Part shown: piece after piece, positions 14,237 through 23,191 of the stretch
How the letters are laid out: each line of letters starts with the position of its first letter
Numbering within the stretch: the stretch's first letter is position 1
Assembly (NCBI GenBank): GCA_045106775.1
Contig: JBGCFE010000041.1
Coordinates: 9,948-73,947 of the forward strand
Origin: Halioglobus sp.
GTDB taxonomy: Bacteria; Pseudomonadota; Gammaproteobacteria; Pseudomonadales; Halieaceae
DNA length: 64,000 bases
Direction of reading: 5' to 3'
The notes under the pieces: model-generated
What the model saw: the letters and a program-made list of their open reading frames with translations, nothing else
Told to the model about the DNA's origin: nothing
Database searches by the model: none
Made by a program: the position numbers and the translations under genes

Positions 14237-15076
14237 TTATGCTGCGCAGTGTCGGTCACACCACCGCAAAATGTCGTTCATAACCTCAGCCTGCTCTGGC
14301 TCATTCAATATCTCGTGGTAGAGATCCGGATAGAGCTTCACCGTTTTGTCTGTCGAGCCCAGCGCGCGCTCCAAAAATCTGGAGCCCTCTGGTGCCGCCA
14401 TGGTGTCCTGCTCGCCATGCAACACAAGCATCGGCACCTGTATCTCAGCTGATCGAGCCTGAGTGTCTTCCATCGCGGCAAAAAGCTCACGAAGTTTGCG
14501 CACGGACATTTTCCCATGGTGCACAAGAGGGTCCTGTTCGTAATTGTGAACAACAGCGGGATCTCTGCTCACACCGGCGGCATCAAGCTGGAGAATTCCT
14601 AGCGTTGGCCAGATTATCGCCAGCGTTTTAATCAACATCATCTGAATAGCAGGGGGCTTCAGCGCTGTCATAATTGCTGGCCCAGATAGAATACCACCAG
14701 CAAAATCATGCTGATATTTCAGTAGATACTGTGTCGCAATTAGCCCACCCAAGCTGTGGCCCAACAAAAAAAGTGGTAGCCCAGGAAACTGTTCTAAAAA
14801 TTGATTCTGCAGTGTGTGCAAATCTTGTAAGTAATCATCAAAGGCAATCACATGCCCGGGTACACCCTCAGAGCGCCCGTGGCCATTATGGTCCAGCGCA
14901 GCAATAGCATAACCTCGGGCAACGAAAAAAGAAGCGACGTGGTTGTAACGGCTACTATGCTCCCCGGCACCATGCGCCAAAAGTATGAGAGCCTTCGGCG
15001 AGCTTTCAGGTGACCATATCTGAAAAAAAATGTTGCGTCCGCGACAGCCTGCAAATGTGCCTTCCCGGTGCATCAT
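14237..15076 (-). CDS. Alpha/beta hydrolase, monoacylglycerol lipase / lysophospholipase-like
   Basis: LAHGAGEHSSRY, DHNGHGRSEG, nucleophile GHSLGG, LHGEQD, YHEILNEP. Confidence 0.88.
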   Translation of the reverse strand: MMHREGTFAGCRGRNIFFQIWSPESSPKALILLAHGAGEHSSRYNHVASFFVARGYAIAALDHNGHGRSEGVPGHVIAFDDYLQDLHTLQNQFLEQFPGLPLFLLGHSLGGLIATQYLLKYQHDFAGGILSGPAIMTALKPPAIQMMLIKTLAIIWPTLGILQLDAAGVSRDPAVVHNYEQDPLVHHGKMSVRKLRELFAAMEDTQARSAEIQVPMLVLHGEQDTMAAPEGSRFLERALGSTDKTVKLYPDLYHEILNEPEQAEVMNDILRWCDRHCAA

Positions 15077-16200
15077 GCTGCCGCCTTTGCTTTATCAGGG
15101 CCATCAGCTTCTTCAGCATTGTTTTTTATAGTGGAGGGTAGCTCAGAAAAAAACTGCTCAATGGCCTGCCAGGCTGCGCGCGCTTCAGGTAGTTGGGGAT
15201 AAAACATATGCCAAACGTGCGGCATGTTATTCCAGGCTTGCAAATGCACTGGCGAGCCTGCTGCGGCCGCTTTATTCACGTACCTTTGCGAATCGTCGAA
15301 CAATACTTCTGTTTCACTGGCATGTAAGAGTGTCGGTGGCAGGCCTGCCAAGTCACCATAAACGGGAGATATCACCGGATCACTTGGCGAGCTTCTGTTC
15401 TGTATCAAGCCGGCCCACAAAAGTAGCGGCCTGGGAACCCGCAGAACTTTTTCAAACATTGGCCCTAGCATCGTGTCTGATGCCAAATTCGTTTGCAGGC
15501 TCGGTGCACTAAACGTAGCGTCAGTAACCGGAGAAAGTGCCACAGCTGCATCTACCTGTCGCAGCCCCTGATCGCGAATCCACTGAATCAACATTAAAGC
15601 CAGGTTCCCGCCAGCAGAGTCTCCTGCAACAAAAATTGCAGCGGGATTTAGTGGTAAAGGATTATCTGGCGAATCCGGACCATTACTCAACAACCACGTG
15701 TAGGCATGACGACAATCCTTGACGCCTGCAAGACGCGGATTCTCTGGCATCAACCGATAATCAATCGCAAGCACAGCTGCATTGGCAACGCGGGAAAAAG
15801 CGCTGGTAATGTTTCGATGACTTTTTGGGCTGCCCATCATGAATGCTCCGCCGTGGATGTACAAAAAACGTCGCGATGGATCGACGCCCGGTGCCAAAAC
15901 CCATTCTGCAGATATGCCATCAACATCGACTGGAGTTATGTGCGCGTCGATCTCCTGTGTATCTGGAATCGCATCCATATACTCACGCATTAGCCGAACT
16001 CGCTCTTTCTGCGATTTCGGGTTTATCGACCTGGGGCCATTGGCAAGCGCCAACTCAACCTCAGTACGCTCCTTGGCTGAGTGATCACCCAGATCAAATC
16101 GTTCGCCTACAATGGCGTCGTAAGCGCGTAAATCCTCGCCAGGCAGATAAAAGTAGGTGATGCAAAAAATCGCCGCTCCGGCAAGCGCCAGCCAAAACAT
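15073..16200 (-). CDS. Hormone-sensitive-lipase family esterase with N-terminal hydrophobic anchor
   Basis: HGGAF oxyanion motif, DYRLMPE, GDSAGG, MPHVWH; stop overlaps the next start (ATGA). Confidence 0.88.
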   Translation of the reverse strand: MFWLALAGAAIFCITYFYLPGEDLRAYDAIVGERFDLGDHSAKERTEVELALANGPRSINPKSQKERVRLMREYMDAIPDTQEIDAHITPVDVDGISAEWVLAPGVDPSRRFLYIHGGAFMMGSPKSHRNITSAFSRVANAAVLAIDYRLMPENPRLAGVKDCRHAYTWLLSNGPDSPDNPLPLNPAAIFVAGDSAGGNLALMLIQWIRDQGLRQVDAAVALSPVTDATFSAPSLQTNLASDTMLGPMFEKVLRVPRPLLLWAGLIQNRSSPSDPVISPVYGDLAGLPPTLLHASETEVLFDDSQRYVNKAAAAGSPVHLQAWNNMPHVWHMFYPQLPEARAAWQAIEQFFSELPSTIKNNAEEADGPDKAKAAA

Positions 16201-16370
16201 CCCAATCTCCAAGTCAGTGGCCTGATTCAGCCGACCGCGCCAGTATACCGGAGGATGTCCTCCGGGCTAAGGCCAGTGAGCCCGTGGGTTTCGCTTGTCA
16301 CTGCGGCCGAAATACAGTTAGCATGCTAGGGCTCCTCTCGATAATAAAATACTGAAACTGGAGAACAGAT

Positions 16371-18362
16371 ATGTCTGAGTATTTAGCTCTTCCCCCTATT
16401 CTGGGGTTGGCCGGTTTAGTCATGGCCTTTGTCATCTACCAACTAATGAGTAAACAAGACCCTGGTGAAGGCGCCGTAACCCGCATCGGTGATCAAATTC
16501 ACCTAGGTGCAATGGTCTTTATGCGCCGTGAGTACCAAATGCTTGGAATGTTCGCAGCCGTTCTGCTGCTAGGCATTGTGATATCTCCATTAGGCGTAAA
16601 CACCGCAATAGCATTTGTCGCAGGTGCGGCCTCTTCTGCGACTGCCGGCTATTTGGGTATGTATGCAGCAACTAAGGCAAATGTTCGTACAGCTACCGCC
16701 GCGCATAAGAGCGGACAGAGTGCTGCGCTTTCTGTTGCCTTCTATGGCGGCTCTATTATGGGTCTATGCGTTGCTTCGCTCGGCCTGATCGGTCTGGGTG
16801 GCCTGTACTGGTATTTTGGTGGCGACCCAGAGACCGCTCATGCAATCCACGGCTTTGGCATGGGCGCATCGGTTGTCGCACTATTTTCGCGCGTCGGCGG
16901 AGGCATCTTTACAAAAAGTGCAGACGTTGGGGCTGATCTGGTGGGCAAGGTAGAAGCCGGGATCCCGGAGGATGATCCACGCAACCCAGGCGTGATTGCC
17001 GATAACGTCGGCGATAACGTCGGCGACATTGCTGGAATGGGATCTGATATTTTCGAATCCTACTGCGGCTCTATGATCGCCTGTATCGCTATCGCAGCAA
17101 CGGTAGCAACTGCCGACCAGGGAGCTATGATGTTTCTTCCCTTGAGTCTGGCTACTATTGGTATCGTTGCATCTGTTGCGGGTATTGGCTTGGTGCGCAT
17201 GCGCGCCGGAGCAGCACCTGAGTCAGCACTGCGGTCGGGAACACTAGCAGCACCGGTTCTTTTCGTCATAGCTGCCTGGTTCTTAATAGAAAACATGGGG
17301 CTGCCCTCGCATATCTGGTGGTCAGTGTTATCAGGCGCTGTTGGGGGTGTAGCGATTGGTCTCATTACTGAGTACTACACTGGCTCTACCCCAGTTCAAA
17401 AAATTGCTAAGTCTGGCGAAACGGGTCCGGCAACGGTCATGATTACCGGCCTTGCTGTGGGTATGCAGTCGGTAGTACTCCCCATACTGTTTCTTGCAGC
17501 CATTATTTATGTGTCCACCAGTCTGTCAGGCCTTTATGGCGTAGGTATAGCCGCGGTAGGCATGCTCGCCACCGTTGGTATCACAATGGCTATTGATGCA
17601 TATGGCCCGGTGGCAGATAACGCGGGTGGTATTGCTGAGATGGCGGGAATGGGTGAAGACACTCGCGCCATCACGGATGGGCTGGATGAGGTCGGTAACA
17701 CCACCGCAGCTATCGGTAAGGGGTTTGCGATTGGCGCTGCGGCTCTAGCAGCATTGGCTATTATCGCTGCTTTTGTTGAAACCGTGCAGGCTCACAATCC
17801 AAACTTTGAGCTATTGATAACCAACCCAACTGTTCTGGTTGGCATGTTTATCGGTGGCACTATCCCCTTCCTGATCGCATCTATCACTATGACTGCTGTA
17901 GGCGAAGCAGCCTTCGATATGATCAATGAAATACGTAGGCAGTTTCGTGAAATCCCTGGGTTACTCGAGGGTACCGCAGAGCCTGATACTGCCAAGTGTG
18001 TAGACATCGCCACAACTGCTGCACTGCGACGCATGATACTTCCCGGCGTGATAGCTGTAGGTGCACCCGTTATCGTTGGATTTAGTTTAGGTGCTGCTGC
18101 TCTTGGCGGCTTGCTTGCTGGCGGCCTGCTGGCTTGTGTACTGATGGCACTCATGATGGCTAACGCCGGTGGTGCATGGGACAACGCTAAAAAGTTCGTA
18201 GAAAAGGGTAACCTGGGAGGCAAAGGCTCAGAGACCCATGCTGCCGTGGTTGTTGGTGACACAGTAGGTGATCCCTTCAAGGACACCTCAGGCCCATCCA
18301 TGAACATTTTGATTAACGTAATGGCTATCGTCAGCCTGGTAATCGCGCCGCTGTTGTCCTAG
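16371..18362 (+). CDS. hppA: Membrane-bound ion-translocating pyrophosphatase, K+-dependent, probably Na+-pumping
   Basis: [56 protein letters not shown]; many TM helices. Confidence 0.95.
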   Translation: MSEYLALPPILGLAGLVMAFVIYQLMSKQDPGEGAVTRIGDQIHLGAMVFMRREYQMLGMFAAVLLLGIVISPLGVNTAIAFVAGAASSATAGYLGMYAATKANVRTATAAHKSGQSAALSVAFYGGSIMGLCVASLGLIGLGGLYWYFGGDPETAHAIHGFGMGASVVALFSRVGGGIFTKSADVGADLVGKVEAGIPEDDPRNPGVIADNVGDNVGDIAGMGSDIFESYCGSMIACIAIAATVATADQGAMMFLPLSLATIGIVASVAGIGLVRMRAGAAPESALRSGTLAAPVLFVIAAWFLIENMGLPSHIWWSVLSGAVGGVAIGLITEYYTGSTPVQKIAKSGETGPATVMITGLAVGMQSVVLPILFLAAIIYVSTSLSGLYGVGIAAVGMLATVGITMAIDAYGPVADNAGGIAEMAGMGEDTRAITDGLDEVGNTTAAIGKGFAIGAAALAALAIIAAFVETVQAHNPNFELLITNPTVLVGMFIGGTIPFLIASITMTAVGEAAFDMINEIRRQFREIPGLLEGTAEPDTAKCVDIATTAALRRMILPGVIAVGAPVIVGFSLGAAALGGLLAGGLLACVLMALMMANAGGAWDNAKKFVEKGNLGGKGSETHAAVVVGDTVGDPFKDTSGPSMNILINVMAIVSLVIAPLLS

Positions 18363-18387
18363 CGGATTCATTGTTCTGTTAAGCCCC

Positions 18388-18420
18388 TGCGTAGTCCAGC
18401 TCTTCCAGTTGGGCTACGCA
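18388..18420 (+). repeat. Intergenic 14-bp stem-loop without U tail
   Basis: TGCGTAGTCCAGCT-CTTCC-AGTTGGGCTACGCA; 12 Watson-Crick pairs plus 2 G.U pairs on the + strand. Confidence 0.7.
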
Positions 18421-18443
18421 AATCATTTCTGAGGAGTTGTAGT

Positions 18444-18902
18444 ATGAGCCGATGGAGTCGCAAAGAAATCGAAGAGGCTTTCGACAAGTTTCAGGCAGCT
18501 GCTCTGAAGGGCGGTCAGACGAAAGACTGGACTGACTGGGCGAATTGCTTCACGGAAGACGCAACTTATTTCGAACATCACTACGGGCGTTTCTGGGGTA
18601 GGGAAAATATACTGACCTGGATTACCAAAACAATGAACACCTGGCCCGCCACGGAAATGACTGCATTTCCAATCACCTGGTATTCGATCGACAAAAATAA
18701 AGGCTGGGTAATTTGTGAAGTAATGAATCGAATGCGTGATCTCGGAGATGGCAAGATTCATGAAGAACCCAACATCACCATTCTTCACTACGCGGGCAAC
18801 GGGCTCTTTTCTTATGAAGAAGACGCTTACAACCCACATAATATGGGCGTAATGATTGGTGCATGGCACGAGTCTATGAAAGCGTTAGAAGCTTCCGAGT
18901 AA
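18444..18902 (+). CDS. SnoaL-like / NTF2-fold protein
   Basis: WANCFTEDATYFEHHYGRFWGRENI pattern; GAGGAG RBS. Confidence 0.8.
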   Translation: MSRWSRKEIEEAFDKFQAAALKGGQTKDWTDWANCFTEDATYFEHHYGRFWGRENILTWITKTMNTWPATEMTAFPITWYSIDKNKGWVICEVMNRMRDLGDGKIHEEPNITILHYAGNGLFSYEEDAYNPHNMGVMIGAWHESMKALEASE

Positions 18903-18945
18903 AAACCTTCTTTCCACTTGCTCTATCGTCACTAAGCATCCCCCT

Positions 18946-19932
18946 GTGCACACCATAAAGACACGCAACATCGTGTTGCGCTTTGACATGCGTAGCTCTC
19001 CGGACTGCCCAGACACACCCAGCGATCGCTATCATGCGGCTATCGATATGGCCTGTTGGGCTGATCAGCAACCAGTAGATGTTGTAGGTCTGTCTGAACA
19101 TCATGACACAGAAGATGGATTTTTGAGCGCGCCGTTAGCACTGGCTGGCATGATGCTAGCCAAAACTCAGCGAGTTAGCGTCAGTGTGAGCGCCCTGCTT
19201 GTACCACTGCATGATCCGCTCAGGCTTGCAGAAGACATAGCGTTACTAGACTTGATTGCTAAAGGCCGTTTTTCCGTGACATGCGGTCTTGGTTATCGTG
19301 AACAGGAGTATGAGCGTTTTGGTGTTGAGTGGAAAACACGCGGGACAACATTCGATGACAAACTGGACACACTAGTCGCTGCGCTGACAGGCTCCTCGTT
19401 CAAATACAATGGCGGAACCACCCAACTAAACCCATCGCCAATTACACCAGTTCAAGCACTGTTATTAATCGGTGGAAACAGTAAAGCCGCAGCCAGGCGC
19501 GCAGCAAGATTAGGGTTAGGATTTTGTCCTGCTATTGATGATGAATCTCTAGCTAGCGCTTATTCTGCTGCCTGCAAAAACTATAATGTTGAATTCGGGT
19601 TTATTGTTTTTCCTCGAGAACCATCAACAACGATTATTAGTGAGGATCCACAAGCCTGCTGGAAAAAGTTTGGGAAGTTTTTGATGTACGATGCGATGGC
19701 GTATGGGAAATGGCATCACCCAAATCGGCGAGCCTATGCAGAGTCTTTTGCCAACACTGTCGAAGAGCTTGAAGCAGAAGGAAAATACCGAATTATTTCA
19801 CCGGAACAAGCGATAGAAATTGTCGAGAAAACAGAATCATTGCATTTGGCTCCATTAGTGGGCGGAATACCAATCGATATCGGCCTAACAAGCCTCGAAC
19901 TTTTTTCTGAAAAGGTTGCTCCCTTTATCTAG
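18946..19932 (+). CDS. Luciferase-like (LLM class) flavin-dependent oxidoreductase
   Basis: LSEHH, PLHDPLRLAEDIALLDLIAKGRF, GLGYR. Start uncertain (GTG). Confidence 0.88.
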   Translation: MHTIKTRNIVLRFDMRSSPDCPDTPSDRYHAAIDMACWADQQPVDVVGLSEHHDTEDGFLSAPLALAGMMLAKTQRVSVSVSALLVPLHDPLRLAEDIALLDLIAKGRFSVTCGLGYREQEYERFGVEWKTRGTTFDDKLDTLVAALTGSSFKYNGGTTQLNPSPITPVQALLLIGGNSKAAARRAARLGLGFCPAIDDESLASAYSAACKNYNVEFGFIVFPREPSTTIISEDPQACWKKFGKFLMYDAMAYGKWHHPNRRAYAESFANTVEELEAEGKYRIISPEQAIEIVEKTESLHLAPLVGGIPIDIGLTSLELFSEKVAPFI

Positions 19933-19955
19933 TGTCTTTAAGACTTACCTAACAC

Positions 19956-21134
19956 CTAACAAGCTTTCCATAAATCTGACTTCTTTTCCGCCAGATTTAA
20001 CATCTCTAACTTACTTAGCGCGTCTTCAATTTCAAAATCCAGCTCGCACTGTAATTCCTCTTGAAACCAATCTTGTATTTTTTTATCTAACGCCTCTGCT
20101 GTTATGCTCTGGGTTTCTGTCAGTAGAAAGTGAAGCGCTAGGATGCTTTCTTTAACTTCTGAATCTTCAGCATCATCAAGAACCCGATAGATAACACCAG
20201 CATTATTATCCAAGAGTTTAAAATATAGGTTTTCCGTAAGTGCCTGCGTGTATTTCAGTTTTCTGTTTCGATAATTTGAAAACTGTTTCCATAAGTAGCC
20301 CCCAAGTGCAAACAAGCTAGCGGCCACAGCGATCATTGCAGCTTTATCAAGCTCTACAGGCTCCGATGAAATACCCAACCAGAAGCCTAACAACGATGCT
20401 ACCAACAATAACGTCGCACCCAGCTTTGTACTTACCACAACAAAACCACTGACTAGAGCAGGTACACCAATCATTAGTTTGTCTATAAGTCTCATGCCAA
20501 TTCGGATATTGGGGAATAGCATTTCAAGATCAGAAGCAGGTACGTTTTGGAACAACTTCAGTAGGGTACTGCCTGGCGGGCACTCGCCCAAGGTAGATTC
20601 ATTGTCAACCGTCGGTTTTAGGCGTAAAAACAAAACAACCCTATCGAAATTGGTAAACTTTACACGCCGTTTCCAAAGTCCAAAAAACTCAGACAATGTC
20701 TCTTCCCGCTGACTTGCGCCGCGGGTATAAAGTAGTATCTCTTCAAAATCATCAACCTCTACAACCAATCTCACCTGAAAAAGTGATGAAGACTTCAAAG
20801 CTTGTTGGAGGTTTTCATCGCTCACCTTATCGTAATTGGCACGAATGAGAGCAGACTCAAGGCTCTTCAATAACTCACTGGCTGCTGCCTGTGAATTTTT
20901 GTCGTCTAAAACGCGCGTATCTCGATCGGGATCTAACGAAGCATAGACAGATTTCAGAGATTTTTTTAGCTCTCCAAAGTCGCTCAAAAAATGCGCTTCT
21001 ATTTTTTCGGTGCCAGATGTAAACCGAGTGGCCTTTGCATGATCGGACGAAAAATTCTGAGCTAGAACACGAACGATGTCTTGTCTTTGAAAGGGGATAA
21101 AACGTAAAGGCTTTACAGTTTTTGACTCTGTCAT
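19956..21134 (-). CDS. DUF3754 / TMEM143-like membrane protein
   Basis: RFIPF N-terminus, LKLFQNVPASDLEMLFPN, two TM segments, LYFKLLDNNAGVIYRVLDDAEDSEVKE; family recalled from memory. Confidence 0.7.
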   Translation of the reverse strand: MTESKTVKPLRFIPFQRQDIVRVLAQNFSSDHAKATRFTSGTEKIEAHFLSDFGELKKSLKSVYASLDPDRDTRVLDDKNSQAAASELLKSLESALIRANYDKVSDENLQQALKSSSLFQVRLVVEVDDFEEILLYTRGASQREETLSEFFGLWKRRVKFTNFDRVVLFLRLKPTVDNESTLGECPPGSTLLKLFQNVPASDLEMLFPNIRIGMRLIDKLMIGVPALVSGFVVVSTKLGATLLLVASLLGFWLGISSEPVELDKAAMIAVAASLFALGGYLWKQFSNYRNRKLKYTQALTENLYFKLLDNNAGVIYRVLDDAEDSEVKESILALHFLLTETQSITAEALDKKIQDWFQEELQCELDFEIEDALSKLEMLNLAEKKSDLWKAC

Positions 21135-21266
21135 ATTCAATTGTTAACACTAAAGTAAGAAACGGTTTAGTCTATTGATTGAGCTATAGTATAGAGGTAG
21201 AGAGTGACTAACCAAGTACTGCTTTCAGTCTTAGCACGTTAACAGTAAATAAACGGAAGAAAAATT

Positions 21267-22814
21267 GTGATAAATGAAATCAATATCGGACAGGCCTTAA
21301 CTAATCGGGCTTATCTTAGCCCACACAGAGAAGCGATTGTTGATCTAGAAACTCGGCGCAGAATCTCTTTTTCGGAGCTAAACAGTCAAGCTAATCGGTG
21401 TTGCAATTTTATTACTGACCTGGGCGTAGGTAAGGGGGATAGGCTGGCCATCCTCTCGCAAAACAGACCAGAATTTTATGAGAGCTTTTTTGGGCCCGCA
21501 AAGGCAGGCATTGTGCTTATGCCATTGAATTGGCGCCTAACACCTGACGAACTAGCGTTCATTCTCAAAGATGGCGGGGCGACAGCAATAATCTTTGATG
21601 ACGAGTTTGCTCCGGTTATTGAAGAAATACGTGCCAGAGGCAGTGATGGCAGTGATTTAGAGCACTTTATTTGCATCGGCGATAAATGCCCTGAATTTGC
21701 AAACAACTATCAGCAACTCTGCCTCAATGCGAGCGAACAGGAACCTGAGGGCGCTGCAGAGGCGCAAGATAATCTATTCATCATGTACACGTCAGGTACT
21801 ACAGGCCATCCGAAAGGCGTGGTACACACCCATGGCACGGTGTTTTGGGCTCTACTGACCTTGAACAATTCAGGTGATACGCGTGCTAGTGATAACTATC
21901 TGGTTCTTTTGCCCCTATTTCACGTGGGTGCGCTAACGCCAATGATTTCAGGAATATACCGCGGTAATACAGAGATTATCATGCGTGCCTTTGACCCAGT
22001 GGCCGTATGGAGATGTATTGAAGAAGAAAAAGTAAACACGACACTAGCAGTACCCGCGATGTTGGGTTTCATGCTTCAGGTACCAAACTTGTCAGAGTTT
22101 GACAGTAGCAGCTTACGGTATATTAGTAGTGGTGCTGCGCCACTGCCGGTCAGTACGATTGAAGCCTATGCGGCATTAAATATTGAAATTCACCAGGTTT
22201 ATGGCATGACCGAAACCTGCGGTCCCGCGTGCATTATTGGCCCCGATGATGCCATCAATAAAATTGGCTCAACCGGGAAGTCATTTTTTCACACTGCCGT
22301 ACGAGTGGTCGATGGCGATGGAAATGACCAGCCACCAGACATAGCAGGTGAAGTCATTGTTCAGGGCCCGCATATCATGAAGGAATACTGGAATAGGCCA
22401 GATGCGACAGCGGAGGCCGTTGTGGATGGTTGGTTATACACAGGTGATATAGCCACCATGGATGCGGAGGGCTTTGTAACCATTGCCGATCGTAAAAAGG
22501 ACATGATTATTTCGGGAGGTGAGAATGTGTATCCCGCCGAGATAGAAAATGTTCTTTTGCAGCACCCTGACATTATTGATGCGGCAGTTATTGGTCAGTT
22601 AAGTGATAAGTGGGGAGAGAGCCCCCTGGCTGTCGTTGTAAGCGATAATAGCGCGTTAGCTATGGCAGAGGTTATTGAGCACTGCAACGGGAAGCTCGCT
22701 CGATACAAGCAGCCTCGGTCGGTGGAATTTATTGAAACGATTCCGCGTAATCCTAGTGGGAAGATATTAAAGCGTGTTTTGAGAGAACAATTTCCTGGCC
22801 CTGCTCAGGAATGA
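21267..22814 (+). CDS. Long-chain acyl-CoA synthetase (AMP-binding enzyme)
   Basis: IMYTSGTTGHPKG, YGMTET, GWLYTGD, DRKKDMIISGGENVYPAEIE, PRNPSGKILK. Confidence 0.92.
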   Translation: MINEINIGQALTNRAYLSPHREAIVDLETRRRISFSELNSQANRCCNFITDLGVGKGDRLAILSQNRPEFYESFFGPAKAGIVLMPLNWRLTPDELAFILKDGGATAIIFDDEFAPVIEEIRARGSDGSDLEHFICIGDKCPEFANNYQQLCLNASEQEPEGAAEAQDNLFIMYTSGTTGHPKGVVHTHGTVFWALLTLNNSGDTRASDNYLVLLPLFHVGALTPMISGIYRGNTEIIMRAFDPVAVWRCIEEEKVNTTLAVPAMLGFMLQVPNLSEFDSSSLRYISSGAAPLPVSTIEAYAALNIEIHQVYGMTETCGPACIIGPDDAINKIGSTGKSFFHTAVRVVDGDGNDQPPDIAGEVIVQGPHIMKEYWNRPDATAEAVVDGWLYTGDIATMDAEGFVTIADRKKDMIISGGENVYPAEIENVLLQHPDIIDAAVIGQLSDKWGESPLAVVVSDNSALAMAEVIEHCNGKLARYKQPRSVEFIETIPRNPSGKILKRVLREQFPGPAQE

Positions 22815-23190
22815 ACAAGCGCTAACGGAATTATAGATATTTATTATTTATATTATATTTAGTGAAGAATATAAGGATTATTGTTGTTACTACTATTAGG
22901 CTCGCTGTTTTTTGTTGATAGGTGTGTTTATCTTTTGGAAAACAATAAGTTGGACACATGATAACTACACGTAAAAAAGCTTTGTTAGCTGTCTGTATGT
23001 TCTGAATATGCGGTGTTTAAAAGCGGTGAAAATGTGGGTAACTTTTAAGTGACGCTAGATCTGGGGATTAGTCGGATTTTTGTCCGTGAGTTATACCCCT
23101 CAGGCGCAACGTTTGTGCACACAGTGGAAGTTTCGTGGACGTATTTTTGCAAGTTGTGGATAAACTGTTTGTGACTAAAGAAATAGCGAG
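22815..23190. other. Candidate oriC: AT-rich unwinding element plus DnaA-box cluster
   Basis: Very AT-rich 22828-22898. TGTGGATAA 23155-23163 (perfect). One-mismatch boxes TGTGGGTAA 23033-23041, TTGTGCACA 23113-23121, TGTGACTAA 23170-23178. Weaker boxes at 23062-23070 and 23091-23099. Confidence 0.7.
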
Positions 23191-23191
23191 C

